Source: an uncultured bacterium | Lineage (GTDB): Bacteria > CAYUVA01 | Reading direction: 5' to 3' | Length of the DNA: 64,000 nucleotides | Assembly: GCA_964448115.1 (NCBI GenBank) | Contig: CAYUVA010000001.1 | Location: 1-64,000, forward strand | In this document: in pieces, positions 21,001-30,098 of the stretch | Numbering within the stretch: position 1 is the stretch's first letter | How the letters are laid out: every line of letters begins with the position of its first letter | The notes under the pieces: generated by a model | Databases searched by the model: none | The model's input: the letters and a program-made list of their open reading frames with translations, nothing else | What the model was told of the DNA's origin: nothing | Made by a program: the position numbers and the translations under genes

Positions 21001-21395
21001 TGATAAAACCTCAAGTAGCATTGAAACTGATAAATCATCAATCCAATTTATCTTCCATGCCCGGCATCAGCACAGCTACGACCGCAAAAGAAACCGAAGG
21101 AACTAGACAAGTTCCTGGTGCAGAAGAAACTACTACAGGTGTTTCGGTTGCTACCCCTAAAAAGCGCAGATTTCATGGGTCTGTTGTTCTTGACAAACTT
21201 CAATTAGGCAGGGATGCATCGCGGATAAATGAAGAAATAATTAGACATCTAAGCAGATATTATGACAGTAAAATTGAGATCACTCTCCACATCAATGCAG
21301 AAATCCCAAATGGAATATCGGAGGATGATGTCCGAACTATCACTGAAAACTGCCGGACATTGAGGTTTAAGGATTTTGATTTCGAGCATAATTAA
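18081..21395 (+). CDS. Swt1-like HEPN domain fused to DUF499 AAA+ ATPase
   Basis: N-terminal RNRWAH (RxxxxH), PWRDVVTPH, EFAADL, Walker A TNFGGGKTHS, Walker B LVDE, FQRTRGVLRLMA. Confidence 0.88.
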   Translation: MAESNRQRIGKALDLLKDGLYPFVEREMKAKYQDQWRNRAAESFKNREASDLNWQDAYTLLHIMWHNWNNVFSTTLGSFQRSLVAELRDVRNRWAHQESFSTDDADRALDSIHRLLQDVSAPQAQVVDEMKHELRRITYEERARRESHKLANSMLEGGAGGGFKPWRDVVTPHRDVASGKYQQAEFAADLWQVYMDQFSEKSSLNPEYANPREFFRRTFLTEGLRRLLVATLRRLDGSGGDPVIELQTNFGGGKTHSLLALFHLFSNDTPASDLAGVDQLVAEASCTPAANVKRVVLVGTKLQPSGIIKPDGMIINTLWGELAYQLGGMEAYNLIRDSDKNSTNPGASLIELLQRYRPCLILVDEWVAYARQLYNKYDLPSGSFDTQFTFAQTLTEAVKSVNGTMLVVSIPQSDNELGGEAGKIALDRLQNAMGRIEAPWRPATEKESFEIVRQRLFQPITEEQKFRQRDAVIKKFMEIYRTNQSEYPSEVNDPGYEVLMKLSYPVHPEVFKRLYMEWSSLDKFQRTRGVLRLMAAVISNLWENNDKNLLILPASIPVYAVLAEFRKYLDEPWSAVVEKDIDGPSSLPMEIDQKIQNLGRYSACRRVARTIFMGSAPVVAAAGRGLDISRIKLGCVQPGESSATFSDALRYLLDESTHLYSDHSRYWYSTQPTVNRLAMDRAKQCRQEDVFEEIKRRLKTERNKPGDFAGIHPCPNSSGDVTDEKETRLVILGPEYPHISGNDQISKAKQFAENILQKRGNAPRIYRNTLVFLAADYNKRLSELEQSVRNYLAWCSIKSEKEELNLDTRQINLTEKRVEEACDTVDERISETYTLLLAPEMKNHKDRDYSWKTIRCKGGDSITVRASKKLEQEGLLYTQMGGDVLRYWLDNIPLWRGDHVKVTELVEDFATYLYLPKIKDNSVILKAIKDGVNRPTWASKGFGYAELYSQETAEYKGIKVGEPITPRLDNNCVLIKPQVALKLINHQSNLSSMPGISTATTAKETEGTRQVPGAEETTTGVSVATPKKRRFHGSVVLDKLQLGRDASRINEEIIRHLSRYYDSKIEITLHINAEIPNGISEDDVRTITENCRTLRFKDFDFEHN

Positions 21396-21478
21396 CTTTT
21401 TTTTTTTCAACTCTAAAAAAGAAAATCGATAGTGTCCGTAATCATCTGTAAAAATGACTCAAGCAATATCATTACTAT

Positions 21479-21607
21479 GCATCTTGCATAAGGTTATGTA
21501 CATCGGTTGTCATGGAGATAAGCGAAGAACGGGTAAGTGGCAGGCATTACCTGGATATGGAGTTATTAGGTGATGATATCTTGGAGGGGGTTTCTCAAGG
21601 CATTTAA
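21479..21607 (+). mobile_element. IS256-family transposase C-terminal remnant
   Basis: Manual translation ASCIRLCTSVVMEISEERVSGRHYLDMELL resembles the IS256 C-terminal consensus S.LRL..A.L.E..EEW..GR.YL.M. No upstream ORF remains. Confidence 0.6.
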
Positions 21608-21650
21608 GTAGATTAAGGTTTTTTAGAGAATAAAGAGTAGGTGGTTCGCC

Positions 21651-21774
21651 AAGCCCCTGCCCTAAAGCTCGCAGGGGCTTTGTCAACGATTAAGGGTATT
21701 CATCCATCACTAAATCACAATCGAGACCTTTTCAAAGGTCGGTGATTCTCCTCAACACCTGAATGAATTCAGGT
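21651..21774. repeat. Cluster of three hairpins (REP-like / IS200-IS605-end-like)
   Basis: AAGCCCCTGC-N10-GCAGGGGCTT (21651-21680), GACCTTT-TC-AAAGGTC (21725-21740), ACCTGAAT-GA-ATTCAGGT (21757-21774). Confidence 0.5.
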
Positions 21775-22013
21775 TTGTGCCTTTCTGGGATATCTGCTCC
21801 ATGAAGCAGGGATAGCCACGCAAAGTAGGCAAGCAACAGCGTCAGATCATAACCAAGAAGAAATTACCATTTGATATTAGGGATTTATTGATGTATATGT
21901 TTATCAGGATGATGAAATTACAGAAAACTTCGGACAGAGCTGGCAGATCAAGCTTTGGAAGAACTTTTTCTGGTGGGATTACCCTGAAATTCTAATCCTT
22001 AAAGGAGTAAATA

Positions 22014-24737
22014 GTGTCAGGTAGAAGCAGCAAGGTAATTATTGTTTTTCTCATTATTTTTTTGATCTCAATTCAAACAATCAGGGGGGATACCGTCAGC
22101 GATCTGAACCAGGTTATCGTCTGGACTTTCAATAATTGGCTTATCGACGAATTGCATGTCGAGGCAGCCGCTTATATAACCCCCCAGTACTGCAAGAGAG
22201 GATGGATCAAATGTTGGAATGTGCCCTGGAATGTATTCGCCGATGAAAACCTGGACTTCCAGAGACTTCCGCCGCTTTTAAACGATTACGGCGTATTATT
22301 CGAGGGAGGAGTTCAGGTGGCTCAAATATGCCCGGATGCAGGCTGGCCCTGCGATAATGAGTATGATGATGATCATGTTTATCCTTTTCGCATACCGGAC
22401 CCTGTCTTCGATGATTTTGTTACCAGGAACCCTGAGGGCACCATATACCACCAGCCAAGCAAGGGAGATATTATAAACAATGCTTCCATAGCCAATGAGA
22501 ATTACCGCGATAATGTCTTGTACTGGGCTTATGAGCAAATCGATGCGAATGTGAATGCGCTTGAGTTCGATGAAATTAATGGTGGTTATAAACTTGGCAT
22601 TCAGGGCGCAGATATTAACAACTCGAATACTGGTTATGATGATTATGCCATCGGCACGGCAAACTTCGCCACACGACTATCAGTTTTATGTGGTCATGGG
22701 ATGTTTGACCCGATATCCTGGTTCATGCCTGATGCAAGCGCAAGTTCACGGGTCAATCCCCCCAAAAATGCCTTCGATGATGATCCTGAAACATACTGGA
22801 GATCCGCAATTTCGAGCAGCCATTGGATCGAGATAGACTTTGGCAGACTGCGCACTGTCCAGCAGATATACCTGCATCTTTACCCGGAAAACTTGCTTAA
22901 GAAGTTTTACATAAAATACTGGGATGATACTACTGGCTGGACTGATTTTATACCCCCAATAAATATTTCAGGTAACATCCAAACTAAACGATCCTTCCTG
23001 GTAGAGCCGATTTCCACGACTAAAATCAGATTATTCTCCTCAGATGATGAGGTATATCTTCCCGAAATGCAGATTTTCGGGGAGGGTTTCAGGCAGTTTC
23101 TTTTAAGGAAGTATTGCGTGGACGAGGGATGGACTCCTGATGATCCCCGATGGGAAAGTGAAAAGCTTGTTGTCCTCGCTGATTTGAATCAATGCTCTGA
23201 CGGCACTATGAATACATTCAATTACAGGAAGTATTTGCAATATCACGCCTGGACGGAGAATCCATTCGGCGGTGAAATAACCCCGGATAACTATCTCGAA
23301 CCGCCAAATCCACTCTTTATGGAGTGGTTCCCCTATTATTATGCCATTTGGCTGGTTTGGCATTTTCTAGCCGATGGTGAGCATGTTAATTACATTCAGA
23401 ACATATATTTGGAATCCTATTCCTATCAAAGATTGTATCAATCCTTCTGGAAATCCGTTCATGATAGCGTGTTGGAGTATGCAAAAAGTCAGGGCAAAGA
23501 TATCTATATAACCTACAATGGTTCTTGGCTCTTTCCCCATTATGTCGATTATATGCTGTTTCCCATGGGTAACGGCGGTATATTCCCTGATTACAAAGCG
23601 CCATCGCCGACCGACCCGGATAAAACACACCTTGATGGAAAACAGGCACAGATCAATCAATGGAGATTGATAAAGAAGCGCGCTACAGAATATCTAGGCA
23701 GGGATGTGCCGGTGGTTCCGTTTTGCGACTTCTGGCAACTCGGAATGCCTTATGCACATCTTGGAGGAATAGATGAACCCGCTGATGAAAGGGCTGTGTA
23801 CCTTAGAACTTTCGCAATGGAGATGTATGCCGCTGGGGTATATTTCTGCTTCCCGGTTTTAGTGTGTGAGGAGAATGCCTGGCAGGATTTGATGTCCAAT
23901 GGCACACCGCTTATCGAGGTTATCAAACAACTGGCTGATTTTTTAAATTCACATAAAGATATATACAAAAATGTGGTCGTAAATGGCGCCGAGGATAGGG
24001 TTACAGTAAACGGTGTCGTTCCCTTTAACGGTGAGTGGAATCTGGTCGGCGGTCGTCTAATCTCACCGGTGAATGAATCTAAAGTTACTATATCCTATAT
24101 GAATTCGGAAGTAGAACCAAAGTCATTTCTGCATGTTATCAACCATGACTGGGACGAGCTGAACCATGTCATGATCCCACAAGAAGATGTGCCGGTTCAG
24201 ATACCTGTCGAGGGTACCTGCACAGGAGTGAGTATTGTTTCACCTGATTTTCCGTTTTTTGTAATTTACCCTGAGTTCTATTGTGGCGATAATAATGTAA
24301 GTTTGACTATTCCTGTTTTAGAATATTATGCTGTAATCATGCTGGATATTCCATGGACCCCAACCCCTACCTACACTTTCACCGCAACAATGACCCCGAC
24401 CAAGACCCCGACTCCATCCCCTACTGAGACGCCTTCACCCCCGTTCATTCTTACGGCTGGATACATGGGCACATACATAAGCAGTCAACTCGGAGGAACA
24501 TTGGAGATACTCGCCTGGTGCTCATCGCCTAATGAAATAAGAATTGATGAGGTGGAAATATATTATGAGGGGATACCGACTGGTTTTCTGATACCAGCCT
24601 ATGTTGATGAGACTTTCTGGCTGCCACCAACACCGATGCCACCCGGAGGTATTCCAGGAAGCTATCTTTATGAGATGGTCGCCAGGGACGAAAATGTGTT
24701 AAAGAGCACTCACTGGCCATATCTGAAAGTAAATTAA
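22014..24737 (+). CDS. Secreted protein with inserted discoidin (F5/8 type C, CBM32-like) domain, Pro/Thr linker and C-terminal 'WPYL' domain
   Basis: AAGGAG RBS and GTG start, signal peptide, NAFDDDPETYW...WIEIDFG discoidin motif, TPTPTYTFTATMTPTKTPTPSPTETP linker. Confidence 0.75.
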   Translation: MSGRSSKVIIVFLIIFLISIQTIRGDTVSDLNQVIVWTFNNWLIDELHVEAAAYITPQYCKRGWIKCWNVPWNVFADENLDFQRLPPLLNDYGVLFEGGVQVAQICPDAGWPCDNEYDDDHVYPFRIPDPVFDDFVTRNPEGTIYHQPSKGDIINNASIANENYRDNVLYWAYEQIDANVNALEFDEINGGYKLGIQGADINNSNTGYDDYAIGTANFATRLSVLCGHGMFDPISWFMPDASASSRVNPPKNAFDDDPETYWRSAISSSHWIEIDFGRLRTVQQIYLHLYPENLLKKFYIKYWDDTTGWTDFIPPINISGNIQTKRSFLVEPISTTKIRLFSSDDEVYLPEMQIFGEGFRQFLLRKYCVDEGWTPDDPRWESEKLVVLADLNQCSDGTMNTFNYRKYLQYHAWTENPFGGEITPDNYLEPPNPLFMEWFPYYYAIWLVWHFLADGEHVNYIQNIYLESYSYQRLYQSFWKSVHDSVLEYAKSQGKDIYITYNGSWLFPHYVDYMLFPMGNGGIFPDYKAPSPTDPDKTHLDGKQAQINQWRLIKKRATEYLGRDVPVVPFCDFWQLGMPYAHLGGIDEPADERAVYLRTFAMEMYAAGVYFCFPVLVCEENAWQDLMSNGTPLIEVIKQLADFLNSHKDIYKNVVVNGAEDRVTVNGVVPFNGEWNLVGGRLISPVNESKVTISYMNSEVEPKSFLHVINHDWDELNHVMIPQEDVPVQIPVEGTCTGVSIVSPDFPFFVIYPEFYCGDNNVSLTIPVLEYYAVIMLDIPWTPTPTYTFTATMTPTKTPTPSPTETPSPPFILTAGYMGTYISSQLGGTLEILAWCSSPNEIRIDEVEIYYEGIPTGFLIPAYVDETFWLPPTPMPPGGIPGSYLYEMVARDENVLKSTHWPYLKVN

Positions 24738-25028
24738 AAATATTATTCTACCGATAGATTTATCCGATGTTTAACCAGGAAATTTTCCAAAGCTATCCGA
24801 CATTTGTTTGTATCTATTCGTTCCTACCGTTAGTAATGTCCCCTTTACTTCCTTTTGAAACATGTTAACAAAGCTGCTTCTTCGGGTAATTCTATGTATT
24901 TACCTGTTGATGAGGAAATTAAATCCCGTGTTTCGGAAATAGTTCATTCTCTGGATATGGAAATCATCGATATTGCCAGTGAGATGAGACAATTAATAAA
25001 TATTCGTGAAAGTGGCTCCAGAAAGACA

Positions 25029-26933
25029 TCATTGCAGATAACCCAAACCTTTTAGATTGTCGAGGCGCTCTTCATCTAGAGTATCCGGTTGGTTGGAGTC
25101 CATATCCATGGGGACAAGTTCGAGGAACTTTATCTTGACCATGCTATCTGTGCCCCTTAGAGGTTTTATGTTTATATTTCCCCATTCATTGGTTATCTCC
25201 ATTGTACCAAGGCTCCAATAATTACTTCCGAATTTAGGTGGCACGGTTATGGTATTGTATTGATTGGAATCATCGCCCGCTCTAACCAGGAAGAGGTCCC
25301 TAGGTTTAGTCTTTTCGGCGTTTTGTTCGGTAACGATCATCGCCTTGAGAACGAATCTTCCGTTTACGCTCGAGCCACTGATGGATATCTCTGGCGGGTG
25401 TTCGTATCGTGGATAGTAGATAAGCTCTCCGCCGGGGATAAAAGACCAATAGTTATCAGTTTGCTCCTGAGCCAATTCCTGCTGCGATACACTATCACCG
25501 GTCATCCCTCGCGATGGATGGAGCATCGATGGTAAGGGTTTATCCGAGACAATGAAGGCATCGCTTGGTTTGAGGGTTTCCTGGTTTATCGGGAATCTGA
25601 ATGGTCGATCTGCCTCACAATAACCGGTTTCTTCGAGTATTTTTTCCAGCACCAGGTACCTTTTTAATAGTTTATTGAATTGATGTACTTTTTCTGGGTA
25701 TTTCTCTTTCAAGTCGTATTGGGGTATTTCCCCCACAGCGAGGTCATAAAAGTATTCCTCATCAGTATTATCTTTCCTTCCCTTGACATACTTGAAGCGA
25801 TCATCCCGTAGTCCATAATATTTGCCCCAGGAGAGTATATGTTGGCGCATTTCTGCATCGCTTTGTTTCTCCATCAGATCTACCAGGCTTATCCCCTCGA
25901 TCCTTGCATCTGGTGGGGGATTAATATTACACAAGTCAAGGATGGTAGGCATTATATCGACTGTTCCCACCAGCGAGTTGATCACTTTACCGCCCTGTAC
26001 TAGTTTGGGATAGCTGATGATCAGCGGGACATGAATGGCTTCATCTACCACGCTAAAACCGTGCCCCCAGGCACCGTACTCGCCGAGTTCATCGCCATGA
26101 TCTGCGGTTATTATGATCAAGGTATCATCGAACTGCTCTAACATGCGAAGTGTCAAAAAGATCCTGGCAAGATAAGAATCGGTGTAGTGGATGTCCATAT
26201 CGAGAACATCCTTGAGGTATTGGATCTCCTCAACAGTATAATAACCGATCTCGTGCCGCTCTTGATCAAACTTGAGATATAACTTTGCCTCATCCAGCCG
26301 ATTGGTGAGCCAATGTTCGTATCCCTCGCGATAGTAATGCGGGAAATGCGTATCCATGAAGTGCAGGTAAAGGAAGTATTTCTTATCCTTGTTTTTTTCG
26401 ATCCATTTGATGGTTTCTCTCACCAGTACATCAGCTTCGGAATAATATTTTTCATTTTTCTCCCTGATGAAGTGATACTCGTCGAATAACTTTGCAAGCT
26501 CGCTTTCCGGTGTATAAAAAGGATGCACGGTAAGGGAGGCAGTGTAATATCCAGCCTGCTTCAATAGATTTGGCAGGTAAGTCTCTCCCGGGGCTGGATT
26601 CTTGAATAATGACCACCAGTGCGGGCTATCTTCGAGGAATGATGGGAAATACAGGGAGGTGAAGATCTGGGGGATAGATTCGATGGTTACCGTTGCCTGG
26701 GAGAAGCAGTTCTTGAACAGCACACCTCCTGCGGCAAGGCGATCCATATTAGGCGATGTTTCCCGGTGGTAACCATAGCACGAAAGATGGTCGGCGCGAA
26801 GGGCATCGAGAAGGATCAATATTATTCGTCGTGGACCCCCATAGCTGGGGTTCAATACATTAGCGCCAATGAAATAGGCGGCGAATGTTATAATTGCTAG
26901 CGATATTAGAATTAAGACTATTTTCTTGTACAT
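25029..26933 (-). CDS. Membrane-anchored sulfatase/alkaline-phosphatase superfamily protein
   Basis: N-terminal TM, LDALRADHL, HFMDTHFPH, TADHGDE, LKGLGYL C-terminus. Start moved to MYKKIV (26933) to avoid overlap with the upstream gene. Confidence 0.85.
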   Translation of the reverse strand: MYKKIVLILISLAIITFAAYFIGANVLNPSYGGPRRIILILLDALRADHLSCYGYHRETSPNMDRLAAGGVLFKNCFSQATVTIESIPQIFTSLYFPSFLEDSPHWWSLFKNPAPGETYLPNLLKQAGYYTASLTVHPFYTPESELAKLFDEYHFIREKNEKYYSEADVLVRETIKWIEKNKDKKYFLYLHFMDTHFPHYYREGYEHWLTNRLDEAKLYLKFDQERHEIGYYTVEEIQYLKDVLDMDIHYTDSYLARIFLTLRMLEQFDDTLIIITADHGDELGEYGAWGHGFSVVDEAIHVPLIISYPKLVQGGKVINSLVGTVDIMPTILDLCNINPPPDARIEGISLVDLMEKQSDAEMRQHILSWGKYYGLRDDRFKYVKGRKDNTDEEYFYDLAVGEIPQYDLKEKYPEKVHQFNKLLKRYLVLEKILEETGYCEADRPFRFPINQETLKPSDAFIVSDKPLPSMLHPSRGMTGDSVSQQELAQEQTDNYWSFIPGGELIYYPRYEHPPEISISGSSVNGRFVLKAMIVTEQNAEKTKPRDLFLVRAGDDSNQYNTITVPPKFGSNYWSLGTMEITNEWGNINIKPLRGTDSMVKIKFLELVPMDMDSNQPDTLDEERLDNLKGLGYLQ

Positions 26934-26938
26934 TGTAG

Positions 26939-29900
26939 CTACTCGAATAGTGGATTGGTTAGCAGGTAAATGAATACTTCCTCGATCCTCTTTTCTCGGT
27001 TTATCTCGCTTAACATGCTCTCGAACTCCTCGACATATCTTCTTTGCATCTGTGAGATCCTGAAGTTGTCGAGCACTCTTTGTCTGCACTTGGAGCGCAG
27101 GTCTGGATTTTCCTTGAACTGTTCAAGCAAGTCGATAACCGCCATAGCGTATTCATCAGCGGGTGCTTTTACTGGAAGCAACCTGCCTAACTCTGGAGTC
27201 AAACATTCCCTGGTGCCACCGACATTCGATGATACGACCGCCACGCCGAGGCTCATCGCCTCGAATACGACCAGGGGCAATCCCTCGTAGTCAGAGGTCA
27301 TCAGGATGCAATCGCAATCGACCATCATCTGTGGCATATCACTTCGCCTCCCTAGAAAATGTATGACCTCTTTCAGTCCAAGTTCATTTGCCCGATCTTT
27401 GCATTTTTTCAACAAAGAGCCATCCCCTATCATGGGAAAGATAATATCAGGATTTTTCTTATGTATTTCCTTTGCGACATCGATCCACTTCAGGGGATCT
27501 TTTTGGTGGTCGAATCTTCCCACAAAGGCTACTATTGGTATATTTTCCCGCGCTCCAATCAGTTTCCTTAGTATGCCTTTTTCAATCCTGTGTGGATTCC
27601 AAGCCTGCTCATCTATACCACAGTAGATAATGGTTAACTCATCAGGCTTGAAACCGAAGCGATTGACCATGTAATCCCTGAGATCTTCAGTAATTACATA
27701 TCGTCGATGCATGTACTTATGATAGGGTGCCGAGGCATCACACCAATCATGCCCTTCTCGATGTATATGTTGCAAATCGGCGAGGCGAAGGTCCTGGAAC
27801 TGTCCGTGCCACCTCTCGAAGGCTCGATAGCCCATCGCGGTGTTGCGATTGAAGGCAATATCAATATTGCGAGAGATGAGCAGGTAATCCAAATACCGAT
27901 CAAATTGGCTGTCATTGTCCAGAAAATCGGGCAGCTTATGTATCTCATCGCATTTCTCCCCGAAGCGTTCCTCCCAGACATGATCCTCAAATCGTTCGAT
28001 GGCAAGGATAATGCGATAGCCTTCTGCTTTCAGGGCATCGATAATCTCAAGGTCGATGACCTCCGCCCCCCCCATGACCATCCAGGGAATCAAGTAAAGG
28101 ATATTCGCCTTGGCCGAATCGCCGGATCCATGCCGAAATAGGTTGGGCGTATTGACCCGCCTGTAACCGAGATAATTAACCGGCTTGGTAACCTTTGGAT
28201 ATGCATATAGAAGCTCGTATCCGCGAATCAACCCATCATCGGTCGCAGGCTCAGACAGGGGAGCGAGAATTGGGGGGCGCTGCCTGGTTTTTACCTTGTA
28301 GAGCAGCGGATGCCGGGCTTTCATCAGATCCAGCTCATTATCAGCAAGTGCTGTTTGTCCATTATCACCCGCATCCTCACCGGGGAGCCTTAGCCCTGTA
28401 TAGCCCCTTTCGACCAGTCTAAGCCAGAGATCGTGCATGGCCAGCCTGGCATCAAGCTTAACATCCAATCCACCTTCGGATAGGAACACATCGCGCCTAA
28501 TCAGGCTATGTTGAGCGATGATGTTGTTCTTGAGCAGCTTATTTACTTCTAATGGCTTGGTCTTCTGCTCATGGATCGGCTGATCTGACTTGGGGCATGG
28601 ATACAAAAAGGCATGGCTGCGATTGAACAGCATGCGCACCGCAGAGCGCTCAAGGTAACCAGAAGCTATAACAGCGCTGCCATCCAATATGATCATGAAC
28701 TCGCCATTGCTGGCTAACGCAGCCTGGTTGATAGCCTGGCAATGATTGCTCGATCTCTGGTCGAGGACCTTCGTCCTGATGCCATTATCTGCCAGCCTTT
28801 TGTCCGCATCACCAATAACATCCTTAGCATCGAACTCACCCGCTCCACAGGGAGCAAAGACAACCTCGAAGTCGTCGGTCGATTGGGCTAACAGGCTATT
28901 GATGGTCTCTGCTACCTGGGCATCATGTCCGCTAAGCGGCACTATGACCGATACCAGCAAGCGCCACCTTAGCTTCAGCTCACGCACCGTACTCGGGTTG
29001 TAGATGTCCGGGTCGAGGTTGACCATGATCTTGAATGTATCCCTTTTCTTTTGATCAGCGGTGTGGGTCATGGTTATTCCGTGCCGCCGATGCCTGAACA
29101 CGGGCACCGGCACCAGCCTCCCCTTGTATCCATGGGTTGACAGCCAGAGCGCATATTCCCAGTCCTCGTAGCCGTACTTCATCTCCGGTGCATACTTGCG
29201 GGAAGTATCGAAGACATCCTTATCAATAAGTATGCAGACACTTATATGGTTGTTCCACAACTGATCGTAGGGATTGAACCGGTTGCAGCACCAGACATGA
29301 GCCTCATCGCCGAAGCAGCGGTAATGCGAATAAACGAAGTGGACATCCGGGTTGCGCTTCAGTTGATGGAGCATCAGCGGAATTGCCTTCTCGTCGAGCA
29401 TATCATCGGCATCGAGAAAGAGGAGGTACTTGCCTTTTGCCACCATTGCGCCGTTGTTCCTGGTCTGCGCCAAGCCCTGGTTTCGTTGATGCACCACGCG
29501 TACTCTCGGATGGTCGAGCTTATTGAGCACCTTCCTTGTATAGTCATCGGTGGAGCCATCATCGACTACTATGATCTCGATGTTTTTATAAAGCTGGTTT
29601 AGCACTGATTGCACCGCTTCGGTTACATACTTTCCGTAGTTGTAGCAGGGTATTATGACCGAGACCAGGTCATCATAAGCTGATATCTTGGCAAGCAGCT
29701 CTTGCCTGAGAGCATTCTCATCGGGAAGGGGCATGTCATCTGGGAGGTCCGGTTTCCATTCGATCCATCCGCTGAGTGGATTAGGCGGAATGCCGAAGTT
29801 TCTCGTTGGAAGTAGATTCCTTTTTACCCTTCTGAGGTTTCGTTTTGTCCAGCGCTTGAATCCGTCAAGGAGTGCTGGATAATCTCCTTGGGCGATATAT

Positions 29901-29998
29901 GCCTTGAGCCTAGCTCGGCGCTTCTTGTTCAAGCCCTCGCGGTGAAGCAGGTTGGCGAGCTTGCGGACTAGTTTCCTTGATCTTTGATCTGCTCTCAT
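26939..29998 (-). CDS. Multidomain glycosyltransferase (GT2 + GT2-like + GT4)
   Basis: VSVIIPCYN...VVDDGSTD...FLDADD; second VSVIVP domain; C-terminal FVGRFDHQKD and EGLPLVVFEAM (GT4). Confidence 0.9.
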   Translation of the reverse strand: MRADQRSRKLVRKLANLLHREGLNKKRRARLKAYIAQGDYPALLDGFKRWTKRNLRRVKRNLLPTRNFGIPPNPLSGWIEWKPDLPDDMPLPDENALRQELLAKISAYDDLVSVIIPCYNYGKYVTEAVQSVLNQLYKNIEIIVVDDGSTDDYTRKVLNKLDHPRVRVVHQRNQGLAQTRNNGAMVAKGKYLLFLDADDMLDEKAIPLMLHQLKRNPDVHFVYSHYRCFGDEAHVWCCNRFNPYDQLWNNHISVCILIDKDVFDTSRKYAPEMKYGYEDWEYALWLSTHGYKGRLVPVPVFRHRRHGITMTHTADQKKRDTFKIMVNLDPDIYNPSTVRELKLRWRLLVSVIVPLSGHDAQVAETINSLLAQSTDDFEVVFAPCGAGEFDAKDVIGDADKRLADNGIRTKVLDQRSSNHCQAINQAALASNGEFMIILDGSAVIASGYLERSAVRMLFNRSHAFLYPCPKSDQPIHEQKTKPLEVNKLLKNNIIAQHSLIRRDVFLSEGGLDVKLDARLAMHDLWLRLVERGYTGLRLPGEDAGDNGQTALADNELDLMKARHPLLYKVKTRQRPPILAPLSEPATDDGLIRGYELLYAYPKVTKPVNYLGYRRVNTPNLFRHGSGDSAKANILYLIPWMVMGGAEVIDLEIIDALKAEGYRIILAIERFEDHVWEERFGEKCDEIHKLPDFLDNDSQFDRYLDYLLISRNIDIAFNRNTAMGYRAFERWHGQFQDLRLADLQHIHREGHDWCDASAPYHKYMHRRYVITEDLRDYMVNRFGFKPDELTIIYCGIDEQAWNPHRIEKGILRKLIGARENIPIVAFVGRFDHQKDPLKWIDVAKEIHKKNPDIIFPMIGDGSLLKKCKDRANELGLKEVIHFLGRRSDMPQMMVDCDCILMTSDYEGLPLVVFEAMSLGVAVVSSNVGGTRECLTPELGRLLPVKAPADEYAMAVIDLLEQFKENPDLRSKCRQRVLDNFRISQMQRRYVEEFESMLSEINREKRIEEVFIYLLTNPLFE

Positions 29999-30098
29999 AA
30001 GGTTCAGATTGCTGCTTAGTAAATTCTAAAGCCCCAGAACTACTTGAATGTAAAAGATAAATCTTATTCAGTCAAGGAAATATAAAGGCAGAGACAAT

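Noticed and set aside
11758-21395. Labelling the defence locus BREX, DISARM or type III RM
   Set aside because: No PglZ, BrxC, DrmA/B or Res/Mod signatures; the DUF1156/DUF499 architecture is distinct.
24855-25055. 66-aa ORF between the secreted protein and the sulfatase-like gene
   Set aside because: TTG start without RBS, overlaps the convergent gene end and has no identifiable motif; at most a gene remnant.
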